From contig JBHIDX010000002.1 in assembly GCA_046760305.1 (NCBI GenBank), positions 6,750 to 70,749 on the forward strand: a stretch of DNA of 64,000 bases, given 5' to 3'. Each line of letters begins with the position of its first letter. Positions within the stretch are counted from its first letter, which is position 1. Source of the DNA: Candidatus Aminicenantales bacterium. GTDB lineage: Bacteria; Acidobacteriota; Aminicenantia; Aminicenantales; Aminicenantaceae. Both the position numbers and the translations under genes were made by a program. Positions 1 through 10,658 of the stretch are shown here, piece by piece. The notes under the pieces were generated by a model that made no database searches, was not told the origin of the DNA, and saw nothing but the letters and a program-made list of their open reading frames with translations.

Positions 1-836
1 TTGATATTAACTCCAGGCCTCAGGTTGATATTTTTTTCATTGGTGGTAAGAGAAGTAACAACAGGCATGATTTCAAGATTTTTTCCCTTTTCGAGCCTTC
101 CTTCAAGGATAATGTCTCCTGCCTGAGCCAGAACACCGGGTATTTTTCTGGTAAAGGCTGGCCAGAGGATAATCTCTCCCTTCCGGGGAATATTCCGGGC
201 GAGATTAAGCCCCCAGACTTTCTTTTCAGCATCCGGAAAGCGAAGACTCTTGAAGGGAATGGCTACCTCCACCGTATACCCTTCCTTATCAATCCTTCCG
301 TGAGAATAGAAGACTGTATCCCAGCTAAGGTCCATGTTATCACCGCCACCCTCTTCGGTTCGGATTGAGTCAATCTGAATTCCCAGAGGGTTGATGATAA
401 AGGCAAATGCCCTTCTTTTCTCATTAAAAGTATCGATAAAGAAAGCTATCCAATCATCATCTATACATCCATCACGGTTGGTGACAGTGGCCCGGATTTT
501 CTTCGGCTCAGAATCATAGCAACGAAAAGCAAAATAAATATTCTTTCTGTCATAGCCGACATAAGCCACAGTCTTTTCCGAAGGCTCACCCATTTCCTTG
601 GGGGCCAGCTGAAAAAAATTCTCGATTTTGAGTGCTTCTTCTTCCCATAAAGGATTTTCAATCACTCCATCAATCTTTGGAGGATGGATAAACCTGGGCA
701 CATTAAGCACCGGCCTTTCAGCCGAAAAAGAAAAGCGGGGAGACATCAGCCCCAGAACAATGAAAAAAACGAAGAAAACCTCTTTTTCCTGTCTGAGCTT
801 CCTTCTAATCGGCCTTCTCGTTCGCATTTTTTCCTC
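1..836 (-). CDS. Partial (C-terminus beyond window edge) secreted DUF5916/CBM9-like domain protein. It is absent from the ORF track because no stop codon falls inside the window.
   Basis: Manual reverse-strand translation from the ATG at 834-836 gives MRTRRPIRRKLRQEKEVFFVFFIVLGLMSPRFSFSAERPVLNVPRFIHPPKIDGVIENPLWEEEALK...AYVGYDRKNIYFAFRCYDSEP...WDTVFYSHGRIDKEGYTVEVAIPFKSLRF. It is an open frame to position 1 with an N-terminal hydrophobic signal/anchor. The motif pattern matches my memory of DUF5916/CBM9-like proteins. Confidence 0.5.
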
Positions 837-941
837 TCCTTTTCTCTCCATCTACGTCTTCTCTCCACCCATTCCTCTTTTTTATGGATATACGAAAAAA
901 TATCTGAATTTGTTCAATCAAAGGAAAATTTTTATGGAAGG

Positions 942-1214
942 TTAAGACCCTGCCTCGTTATCGAGGAAGGTAAGAGACCACTCGCCTGAGCTGAGTTTCT
1001 CAATCTTCACTTTATCCTTTTCTAAAAGACAGATAAAAACCTCACACTCTTTATCTGTTTTAACATCCCTTACTCTTTTTCTCTCCAGAACTTCTTTTAT
1101 CCTAAACTCTTTCTCCCCAACCACAATCGACCTCGGGGTCTCCTCTTTTCTGTATCCGGAATAAAATTTAACCTTAAACTCAGGATTTTCACCTATTTTT
1201 CTGCTTTTCCTCAT
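942..1214 (-). CDS. Hypothetical small basic protein (~90 aa). The likely start is the ATG at 1214, not the TTG given by the ORF track.
   Basis: ORF MRKSRKIGENPEFKVKFYSGYRKEE... lies upstream of, and on the same strand as, the DUF5916-like gene. I see no recognisable motif and no clear SD. Confidence 0.25.
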   Translation of the reverse strand: MRKSRKIGENPEFKVKFYSGYRKEETPRSIVVGEKEFRIKEVLERKRVRDVKTDKECEVFICLLEKDKVKIEKLSSGEWSLTFLDNEAGS

Positions 1215-1263
1215 CAATTAAAATTATGCTCAAAAGTCAAAATTCGGCTTAATTATATCTTTC

Positions 1264-1292
1264 TTGCCAAAAATAGTGAAGAAAATTATAAT
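1264..1292 (+). promoter_or_regulatory. Sigma70-like promoter for the molybdenum hydroxylase operon
   Basis: TTGCCA (1264-1269), a 17-nt spacer, then TATAAT (1287-1292), about 40 nt upstream of the ATG at 1334. Confidence 0.4.
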
Positions 1293-1333
1293 CCACTCAT
1301 GCCTTTAAGTCCGAATTTTCTCGGAGAATTCCC

Positions 1334-1975
1334 ATGCAAAACAAAAAACAAAGGAAAAAGAAAGCCTTAACTAGAAGAGATTTTTTAAAAGGATTTGGGG
1401 GAGGCGCGTTGAGTACTGCAGTAGCGCCAAAACTCATCAGTCCCAGAAAAGAAATTCCCCTGGCTGGAGAAGCAGCTCTTTCCGCTTATTCGAAGAAGAG
1501 AATCACATTCAGAATAAACGGAAGGCCGTGCTCCCTCGAAGTCGAGGCCGGAGATACTCTCCTCTATGTTCTGAGGGAAAAACTGAACCTGACAGGCACA
1601 AAAAGAATATGCAACCGCGGTCAATGCGGCGGATGCACTGTTCTTGTTGACGGCATGCCCGTTTACTCCTGCCTCTACCTGGCAGTGAGAGCTGAGGGAA
1701 AGAATCTAACAACCATCGAAGGTCTGGCCACTAACGGAAAGCTACATCCGGTACAGAAAACCTTTATCGAGCACGACGGCTACCAGTGCGGCTTCTGCAC
1801 GCCTGGATTTATCATGTCCTCGGTTGGCCTCCTCAAAAAAAACAGCAATCCAACCCTGGAGCAAATAAAGCAAGGACTGGCGGGCAACCTCTGCCGCTGC
1901 GGTAATTACACCAAGATATACAAAGCTGTCCAGGCCGCCTCAAAGGAGATAAGGAGGTCACAAAATGGCAGATAG
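1334..1975 (+). CDS. Molybdenum hydroxylase (xanthine dehydrogenase/aldehyde oxidoreductase family) small [2Fe-2S] subunit with a twin-arginine (Tat) signal
   Basis: N-terminal TRRDFLKGFGGGALSTA Tat motif. The two 2Fe-2S cysteine clusters are CNRGQCGGCTV and GYQCGFCTPG...CRCGNY. The gene sits directly upstream of the Moco subunit. Confidence 0.85.
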   Translation: MQNKKQRKKKALTRRDFLKGFGGGALSTAVAPKLISPRKEIPLAGEAALSAYSKKRITFRINGRPCSLEVEAGDTLLYVLREKLNLTGTKRICNRGQCGGCTVLVDGMPVYSCLYLAVRAEGKNLTTIEGLATNGKLHPVQKTFIEHDGYQCGFCTPGFIMSSVGLLKKNSNPTLEQIKQGLAGNLCRCGNYTKIYKAVQAASKEIRRSQNGR

Positions 1976-4232
1976 AGATTATTCAACACAGATTGAAGAT
2001 TCAAACCTCCTTTACTACAGAGAATTTAGAGACATGGAGTTCGAAGAGTCCAAAGCTGCTCCCTTGACTGAAAAAGAAGAATTCGAACTGATTAGCAAAT
2101 ACACACCGAGAATTGACGGAGCAAAAATCGTTACCGGAAAAGCAGCCTTCACTCAGGATATAAAGCTGAGAGGAATGCTCTGCGGAAAAATACTGAGGTC
2201 TCCCCACGCCTGTGCCGAAATTCTCTCGGTTGACCTGAGTGAAGCTTTGAATCATCCTGGGGTGAAAGCTGCTCTTCAGCTTAAAAAAGGCCGAATCAAA
2301 TACGCCGGAGAACAGGTTGCTGCCGTAGCAGCGGTGGACGAAAAAACAGCCGAGGAAGCTATCAAATTAATCAGAGTTGATTACAGGGTGCTGCCTCACG
2401 TGGTCAGCGAAGAAAGTGCTCTGGAAAAGGATGCTCCTCGAGTTTACGGAGGAGAGAATGTTCAGAAATTCAGCGAATACAGCCGGGGAGATGTTGAGAA
2501 AGGCTTTAGGGGTGCTGATGTGGTCCTGGAGCGAACTTACCGCACCGCGGTTGAAATCCACCACCCGGCTGAGACCCACTCCAGTGTCGCCCGATGGGAA
2601 GGAGAAAGGCTTACGGTCTGGGATTCAACCCAGGCCATATTCAGCGTGAGAGATGGTCTTGCTCAAGCCCTAAACATCCCGGCGAGCCGAATAAAAGTCA
2701 TAAATCACTACATGGGAGGAGGTTTTGGGAGCAAGCTTGGAGTAAATGATTACACCATTACCGCTGCCCTCCTGGCAAAAAAGACAAATAGACCGGTGAA
2801 GATTGTGCTCAGCAGAAAAGAAAATTCAGTCTGTGTCGGAAACCGCCCTTCAAGCCGTCAAACAATAAAAGCAGGTGTCAAAAAAGACGGAACGCTGACA
2901 GCCCTGGTCATGACTAACTATACCTGCGGCGGAATTGGCCGTGGTGACCGATGCTCGGAGCAGCTTATCGACCTCTACAAATGCCCGAATGTGAAAGTGG
3001 AGGAATTCACTGTCTACACCCACACAGGAGCCTCTCGTCCCACGAGAGCACCTGGATTCCCCCAGGGCGCATTAGCTCTTGAAGGAATGATGGATGAGAT
3101 TGCAAATGAAATCGGAATTGACCCTCTTGAACTTCGCCGTATAAATTATTCTCAGAAGAATAGGGGTGAGACCGAAATACCATACTCCTCCAAGGGACTG
3201 GATAAGTGCTACACCAGCGGTGCAGAACTAATAGGGTGGCAGCGGCGGAATAAAAAACCGGGCAGCGGGAGAGGCAGGAAACGGCGCGGCATTGGAATGG
3301 CGAGCGGGATGTGGTGGGGAATAGGAAGACCTGGAACCATGGCCGAGATAAAAATCCACCGCGACGCAAGTATCGAAACGGTCTGCGGCACACAGGATCT
3401 GGGAACAGGAACCCGCACCCACATGGCTGTGGTCACTGCCGAAACTCTCGGTCTGAAACCCGAAGAGATTACGGTCAAAATCGGAAACACAGACTATCCA
3501 TGGTGCGGCTCATCAGGAGGAAGCACAACCACTCCTTCAGTAGCTCCGGCAGTAAGAGACGCAGCCCTTAAGACAGCCGATTACCTTAAGAAAGAGGCTG
3601 CTCGAAGTCTCAACATTGAGCCTTCTGAAGTAAAAATCAAAGATGGAAAATTTCTGAACACAAAAATCCCTGAGCAATCGATTACTTTTAAACAACTCAT
3701 CAGCAGCATGCGGCTTCGCCGTGAGCTTGTTTTCCACGGCGAATGCGGCGGCCGTGCCCAAGGCTTTGCCTACAACACATTCGGTGCTCACTTTGCTGAA
3801 GTCGAAGTTGACATCGAGACAGGCAGGGTGAGAGTTCTCAAGATTGTTGCTGCTCACGACAGCGGCCGCATCATCAACAAGCAGACAGCAGAAAGTCAGG
3901 TCGTGGGCGGTATCATCCAGGGTCTGAGCACAGCTCTTTTTGAAGAACGCCTCATGGACGAAAACACGGGAAAGATGGTGAATTCCGACCTTGAAAACTA
4001 CAAAATAGCCACTTCCTGCGATGCTCCGGAGATAATCCCTGTGTTTGTCGACATCGTCGACCCCTACATGAACATCCTTGGAGCAAAAGGCCTGGGCGAA
4101 CCACCAAGAGTTCCGCCTGCTGCTGCCATTGCCAATGCTGTCTACAACGCCGTAGGTGTTCATGTGCGGGAAATTCCTATGACCCCTGCCAAAGTTGTTC
4201 AAGCTCTGAAGAGAAAGGAGGGGGCCAGATGA
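1965..4232 (+). CDS. Molybdenum hydroxylase large molybdopterin-binding subunit (aldehyde oxidase/xanthine dehydrogenase a/b hammerhead and MoCo-binding domains)
   Basis: At 755 aa with GGGFGSK-type motifs and sandwiched between the FeS and FAD subunits, this is the typical CoxL/PaoC/XdhB family member. It overlaps the upstream gene by 11 nt. Confidence 0.85.
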   Translation: MADRDYSTQIEDSNLLYYREFRDMEFEESKAAPLTEKEEFELISKYTPRIDGAKIVTGKAAFTQDIKLRGMLCGKILRSPHACAEILSVDLSEALNHPGVKAALQLKKGRIKYAGEQVAAVAAVDEKTAEEAIKLIRVDYRVLPHVVSEESALEKDAPRVYGGENVQKFSEYSRGDVEKGFRGADVVLERTYRTAVEIHHPAETHSSVARWEGERLTVWDSTQAIFSVRDGLAQALNIPASRIKVINHYMGGGFGSKLGVNDYTITAALLAKKTNRPVKIVLSRKENSVCVGNRPSSRQTIKAGVKKDGTLTALVMTNYTCGGIGRGDRCSEQLIDLYKCPNVKVEEFTVYTHTGASRPTRAPGFPQGALALEGMMDEIANEIGIDPLELRRINYSQKNRGETEIPYSSKGLDKCYTSGAELIGWQRRNKKPGSGRGRKRRGIGMASGMWWGIGRPGTMAEIKIHRDASIETVCGTQDLGTGTRTHMAVVTAETLGLKPEEITVKIGNTDYPWCGSSGGSTTTPSVAPAVRDAALKTADYLKKEAARSLNIEPSEVKIKDGKFLNTKIPEQSITFKQLISSMRLRRELVFHGECGGRAQGFAYNTFGAHFAEVEVDIETGRVRVLKIVAAHDSGRIINKQTAESQVVGGIIQGLSTALFEERLMDENTGKMVNSDLENYKIATSCDAPEIIPVFVDIVDPYMNILGAKGLGEPPRVPPAAAIANAVYNAVGVHVREIPMTPAKVVQALKRKEGAR

Positions 4233-5203
4233 AGAACTTCAAAGTTGCTGAAGAGAGAAACTTGAAAAAAATTCTCTCCGCCCTGCCTTCAGAGAGAGGT
4301 AAATATTTTTTCATAGCTGGAGGCACAGACCTTCTGGGAGAAATTAAAGAAAACATCATCAGTCCTGAAGTTGTCGTCGACCTCAATACCATCCCCGGTC
4401 TTTCATACATAAAAAAAGAAGACGGCCAGCTTCACATCGGAGCCATGACCACCATTTCCAGCCTGGCTGAGGATGAGGCGGTTAAATCCCTTTTTCCAGC
4501 ACTCCACCAAGCGGCCAACCAGGTAGCAACTCCTCAACTGAGGAACATGGCCACTGCAGGCGGTAACTTGTGCCAGAGGCCAAGATGCTGGTACTACCGT
4601 GACCCAGAAATTAACTGTCGGAAAAAAGGCGGAAGCAGATGCTTTGCCCTGAGAGGAAGAAACAGATACCACGCTATCCTCGGTGGAGGAATATGCAACA
4701 TAGTCCATCCCTCTGACCTTGCTCCGGTCCTTATAGCTCTGGATGCGAAAATAACGATAAGTTCCCCGGGAGGGGAGAGAACCATTCCGCTCGAAGAATT
4801 TTTCATCCTTCCCCGCCAAAATGTCAGGCAGGAAAACATTCTCGCTGGCAACGAGGTTCTAACAGAAATATCGATTCCCTTGCCCACCAAAGGAGAAAAA
4901 AGCTCCTACTACAAATTTAAAGAGAGGGGTGCCTGGGATTTTGCGCTTGTCTCTGCCGCAGTCAAAGCAGATGTAGCAGAAAAAACCATCAACCGGGTAA
5001 AGATTGCGCTCGGCGGAGTGGCCCCCATTCCCTGGAGGCTGAGCAGAGCTGAAAAATTTATAAAAGGGAAAAGACCTTCAGAAAGACTTTTGAGAGAGGC
5101 AGTAAGAGAAGCTCTCCGGGAGGCAAAACCTCTTCAAGAAAATGGGTATAAGAAGGAACTAGCTGAGGTGGTTGTTACCCGGGCAGTTCTTTCTCTTGTT
5201 TGA
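4229..5203 (+). CDS. Molybdenum hydroxylase medium FAD-binding subunit (CoxM/PaoB-like)
   Basis: Its start overlaps the stop of the large subunit by 4 nt. The FAD-binding PCMH-type N-terminus FIAGGTDLL and CO-dehydrogenase flavoprotein C-terminal region are present. Confidence 0.8.
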   Translation: MKNFKVAEERNLKKILSALPSERGKYFFIAGGTDLLGEIKENIISPEVVVDLNTIPGLSYIKKEDGQLHIGAMTTISSLAEDEAVKSLFPALHQAANQVATPQLRNMATAGGNLCQRPRCWYYRDPEINCRKKGGSRCFALRGRNRYHAILGGGICNIVHPSDLAPVLIALDAKITISSPGGERTIPLEEFFILPRQNVRQENILAGNEVLTEISIPLPTKGEKSSYYKFKERGAWDFALVSAAVKADVAEKTINRVKIALGGVAPIPWRLSRAEKFIKGKRPSERLLREAVREALREAKPLQENGYKKELAEVVVTRAVLSLV

Positions 5204-5275
5204 ATAAGCTCTAATTTTTCTGGAGAAGAGTCGGGAGAGGATACTGAAAACCATGATTTTCTGAGGAGACTGTAG

Positions 5276-6409
5276 ATGAAAAAAATAATGCGTTCTTCAT
5301 TTTTTCTTCTTCTTATCAGTTTAGCGTTCTTTTCCTCCTGTCGTCCAGTTCCTGAAATCCCGTACAGATATTTTGATAGAGCAGAAACCGAGCACGAAGG
5401 TGTAAGGCTCACTGTTCTCTATCCCTCAAAAGGGAGCTTGGAGTCTATTATTTCACTCCGAAAAAACGGACTGCTCACAGTAGAGAAACTGACTCTTATA
5501 GGTGTTTACCATGAAATGGAAATGACCGACTACGAGAAGGCAAGAGAGTTTGTCAGAAAAAAGAGAATAAACTGGATTCGGTTTCACCAAATCTCATCTC
5601 CCCTGAGCAAATACACACTCTTCCAGAAAAATGCCTGCTCAGATGAGTTTGAGATGATATTCAGGAAGTCAGACGGAATAATTTTTTTCGGAGGAGCAGA
5701 TGTTCCCCCTTACCTCTACCAGAAAAAAACAAGCCTTCTTACCCGGATACAAACTCCCTACCGCCATTACCTTGAGTTATCCTTCGTCTTCCACCTCCTG
5801 GGAGGACTTCAATCGCCGGATTTTAAGGCCCTTCTCGAATCGAAACCAGAATTTCCCGTGCTGGGGATATGTCTTGGATGTCAGAGTCTCAACGTGGGCA
5901 CAGGAGGAACGCTCATCCAGGATATCTGGTCAGAAAAATACGGTTTGAAATACCTGGAAGAGGTTATAAACCTGGGAAGAGAAAACTGGCACACTAACCC
6001 GCTCGCCCGTCTCTATCCTGAAATGAAGCTTTTACCTTACTTCGTCCATCCCATAAAACTCAAGAAGAAAGGGAAATTCTGTACACAAATGGGCTTTTCA
6101 GCCACTGACAGGCCTTATATCCTGAGCGCCCACCACCAGATGGTGGATGAACTGGGAAAAAACATAAGAATTATTGCCACCTCGCTGGATGGAAAGGTGG
6201 TTGAAGCAGTTGAGCATCAAAAATTCCCCAATGTGCTAGGGGTGCAGTTCCACCCCGAATTTCCGATACTATGGGATAGGACGAAAAAATACAGGCTGAC
6301 TCCCCAGGATACGGTCGAAAAAAGCCTTTACTCCATGCTCGAAGAAAACCCTCCCAGCCTCGAGTTCCATCGAAAGCTCTGGTCATGGTTCAATGAGAGA
6401 TTAAAATAA
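5276..6409 (+). CDS. Lipoprotein with a class-I glutamine amidotransferase/gamma-glutamyl hydrolase (peptidase C26)-like domain
   Basis: Signal peptide plus lipobox-like LAFFSSC. The catalytic nucleophile motif is GICLGCQ and the HHQ...VQFHPE residues match the His/Glu of the triad. An N-terminal extension of about 170 aa precedes the GATase fold. Confidence 0.6.
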   Translation: MKKIMRSSFFLLLISLAFFSSCRPVPEIPYRYFDRAETEHEGVRLTVLYPSKGSLESIISLRKNGLLTVEKLTLIGVYHEMEMTDYEKAREFVRKKRINWIRFHQISSPLSKYTLFQKNACSDEFEMIFRKSDGIIFFGGADVPPYLYQKKTSLLTRIQTPYRHYLELSFVFHLLGGLQSPDFKALLESKPEFPVLGICLGCQSLNVGTGGTLIQDIWSEKYGLKYLEEVINLGRENWHTNPLARLYPEMKLLPYFVHPIKLKKKGKFCTQMGFSATDRPYILSAHHQMVDELGKNIRIIATSLDGKVVEAVEHQKFPNVLGVQFHPEFPILWDRTKKYRLTPQDTVEKSLYSMLEENPPSLEFHRKLWSWFNERLK

Positions 6410-6551
6410 ATGTTAAATGACGTTTGCCTTAATAATTCTATTTACTGCTTTTATAAAGTAAAAAAATTGGTTCCGTCAAGAGGGGGAGAGGTTGATTAAA
6501 GACTATAATTATGATATATTAAATAAGATATATAATTGAAGGGAGAGATGG

Positions 6552-6614
6552 ATGAAAAAATTCACAGTTCCCAGAGTAGCTCACTGTTCAGAAGGCTGCA
6601 TGTCGAAATCCTGA
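6552..6614 (+). other. Candidate 20-aa small ORF (MKKFTVPRVAHCSEGCMSKS) with an SD, followed by an intrinsic terminator
   Basis: AAGGGAGAG (6539-6547) lies about 6 nt upstream of the ATG at 6552. An alternative overlapping frame starts at the ATG at 6548 and would encode 25 aa. The element sits in a 314-nt AT-rich intergenic region. Confidence 0.2.
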
Positions 6615-6669
6615 GCATGATTTAAAACTGCTCATCTACTTTCGGAGGAATTAACTCTTTCTCATCCCT

Positions 6670-6716
6670 GAAGCCCGTTACCTTAGCTTCTAGCATAGAA
6701 CGGGCTTCTTTTTTTT
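6670..6716 (+). terminator. Rho-independent terminator
   Basis: Stem GAAGCCCGTT (6670-6679) pairs with AACGGGCTTC (6699-6708) around a 19-nt loop. Eight T residues follow (6709-6716). The stop codon of the convergent hldC gene is at 6724. Confidence 0.6.
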
Positions 6717-6723
6717 CTCTCTC

Positions 6724-7212
6724 TTAGATCTTAGTGGATGAAATAATCCTCTCAATAATCTCAGTGCTCGAATGACCTTCCAGGTAAGGAATAATCACCA
6801 CCTTTCCGCCAGCCTTCTCTACCTCCTCCCTCCCAACCACTTCCTCAGGTTTCCAATCGCCGCCTTTGACCAGAAAGTCGGGAACAAGTTTCTTAATCAC
6901 TCTCCGCGGCGTCTCCTCTGAGAATGAAGTAAGATAGTCTATATACCCAACCGCTTCAAGCACCTCCAGTCTCTCTTCAAGAGGAAAAATAGGCCGCTTT
7001 GGACCCTTAATTTTTTTCACAGACAAATCATCGTTAACAGCCACAATGAGCACATGGCCGAGCTTTTTTGCTTCCCTGAAAAGATGTATATGCCCAGCAT
7101 GGAGGAGGTCAAAGCAGCCGTTAGTAAAAACCACTTTTCTGCCTTTTTTCTTCAGTTCAGCACGAACTTCTGCCAGCTCATCGACCGTGAAAATCTTTTC
7201 ACTCCTGCCCAT
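6724..7212 (-). CDS. hldC: D-glycero-beta-D-manno-heptose-1-phosphate adenylyltransferase (standalone HldE domain II / HldC)
   Basis: FTNGCFDLLHAGH (the HxGH motif of cytidylyl/adenylyltransferases), KGPKRPIFPLEER, LVKGGDW and a GHSSTEII C-terminus match RfaE domain II. I re-called the start at the internal ATG at 7212, which is preceded by GGGAGAGGG; the ORF-track start at 7350 lacks an SD. Confidence 0.7.
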   Translation of the reverse strand: MGRSEKIFTVDELAEVRAELKKKGRKVVFTNGCFDLLHAGHIHLFREAKKLGHVLIVAVNDDLSVKKIKGPKRPIFPLEERLEVLEAVGYIDYLTSFSEETPRRVIKKLVPDFLVKGGDWKPEEVVGREEVEKAGGKVVIIPYLEGHSSTEIIERIISSTKI

Positions 7213-7922
7213 CAAACCCTCTCCCTGAAAATATTTTTTGAGCTTCCTCTGAATACACTCCATTTTCGTTATAGAGAAAAAAAGGGGGGAGAAGCTCAGT
7301 CTTTGGGCCGAAAAATCCGCCCTCCGCCAGAAACCAGCGTGGAGGTTCATTTTTTCGTGAAAAGACTTCTCTTATCCTTCTCAGCCTCAAGCCCGCTTTC
7401 TTCATTTCCTCCATAAAATCATCTCTCCTCTTAAATGGATAAATAAAATAAGCCCTTCCCTCCCTTTTCAGAAGCTGGGCTGTTTTTCCCAACAAATCAC
7501 TCAGGGTGCATTTCAGCTCATGTTTGGCCAGGGATATCTCGAAAGAAGGACTGAGCTGACCTGTTTTTTTCTTGATATAAGGGGGATTAGAAAAAACAAC
7601 ATCAAATTTTTTCCCCGGTTCAAAGCTGCGAAAATCATCCTCGACCACAGCTATTTTTTCCTCAAGACTGTTTAACTTCACATTCCGACGTGCGAGATCG
7701 GCCAGTGAATGTTGAATCTCGACAGCAGTAATGTGCTTGAAAGGCTTTATGCTCACCAGCAGAGAAACGATTCCGTTTCCTGCGCCAAGCTCTATAAGCT
7801 CTTCTGAGGCATCAGTGCGGACAAAATCAGCGAGGAGAGGCGCATCTACTGAAAAGCGGTAGCCCTTTTTCTTCTGAAGGACGAGAATCTTTCCCCGGTA
7901 AAAAGTATCGAGTGTCTCGTTC

Positions 7923-9676
<1,754 letters not shown>

Positions 9677-9790
9677 TCATCCATTCTAACCTGAATTATT
9701 CATAAAAATGCCGCCACTCCTATTTTAATCTAAACAATATCAATAGGCTAAAAAAGAAATGAACGGCATGGCAAACATCCTCAGCATCCT

Positions 9791-10657
9791 CTATTTTTCC
9801 GATAAGGCTTCAACTGCGGTCATTATTTCCAGAAGCTCTTTGGTTATAGAGGCCTGCCGGACTTTATTCAGCACCAGAGTAAGGTCTTCTATAAGCTCCT
9901 CAGCATTCTTGGTTGCATTATCCATGGCCATCATCCGTGCTGCATGCTCAGCTGCCTGAGATTCCTGAAAAATATGAGAGATAAAGATATCAACAAAATG
10001 AGGAAGAAGTGAATTAACCACACCAAAAGCCTCTGGTTCCCAGGCAGGAGGAATCAATCTCTCACCTGTCTCCACTTCAGGTGCCACCAAGGGAAGAAGT
10101 CTTAATATCTTTATTTTTGGAGAAAGAATAGACCTGAACTCATTGTAAGCAATGTAAACAGCATCAACTTTTTTTAAGATGAACTTTTTCTTGAGGAAAA
10201 CCGATATCTTCCTCATATCTTCATGAGAAAGCTTGTCAACGTTACCCCGAAAACTCATTTCAACAGGGAAAGGTTCTTTCCTGAATCGCAGCAGTGCCTT
10301 TTTTCCGACAAGGACAAGACTTACTTTGGCTGCCTCTGCCTTTTTGTGGAAAAAGGAAATCGTTTGTTCAAGAAGGTTGGAATTAAAGGCTCCACACAGG
10401 CCCTTATCAGAGGTGACAACCAAACCTTCGATGTGTTTCTCTTCCCTCTCTTCAAACAGGGGATGATAAAACCATTCGGCCCATAAGGCTACATGTTCCA
10501 CTATGCCTGAAAGGCCCCGGAAGTAAGGCCTGCCTTCTAGAACCAGGCGCTGTGCTTTTCTAAACTTAGCGCTGGAGACGGTCTTCATGGCCTGGGTTAT
10601 CTGCTGGGTGTTGCGCACACTCTTTATTCTTCTTCTCAGGTCGATCAGAGCCGGCAT
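9791..10657 (-). CDS. atpG: F1 ATP synthase gamma subunit
   Basis: N-terminus MPALIDLRRRIKSVRNTQQITQAMKTVSSAKFRKAQ and a C-terminal ITKELLEIMTAVEAL stretch are typical of gamma. Confidence 0.9.
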   Translation of the reverse strand: MPALIDLRRRIKSVRNTQQITQAMKTVSSAKFRKAQRLVLEGRPYFRGLSGIVEHVALWAEWFYHPLFEEREEKHIEGLVVTSDKGLCGAFNSNLLEQTISFFHKKAEAAKVSLVLVGKKALLRFRKEPFPVEMSFRGNVDKLSHEDMRKISVFLKKKFILKKVDAVYIAYNEFRSILSPKIKILRLLPLVAPEVETGERLIPPAWEPEAFGVVNSLLPHFVDIFISHIFQESQAAEHAARMMAMDNATKNAEELIEDLTLVLNKVRQASITKELLEIMTAVEALSEK

Positions 10658-10658
10658 C

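Noticed and set aside
628-989. Plus-strand ORFs 628..945 and 684..989 from the ORF track
   Set aside because: They overlap the well-supported minus-strand DUF5916-like gene (1..836) and its upstream region. They are low-complexity and have no SD, so they are most likely spurious.
3537-4202. 221-aa minus-strand ORF antisense inside the Moco large-subunit gene
   Set aside because: It is fully embedded antisense in a strongly supported conserved CDS and has no motif. It is a typical shadow ORF.
6724-7350. ORF-track start at 7350 for the hldC-like gene (208 aa)
   Set aside because: The first 46 codons have no SD and would overlap the upstream gene by 150 nt. The internal ATG at 7212 is preceded by GGGAGAGGG and yields a canonical ~160-aa HldC-sized protein.
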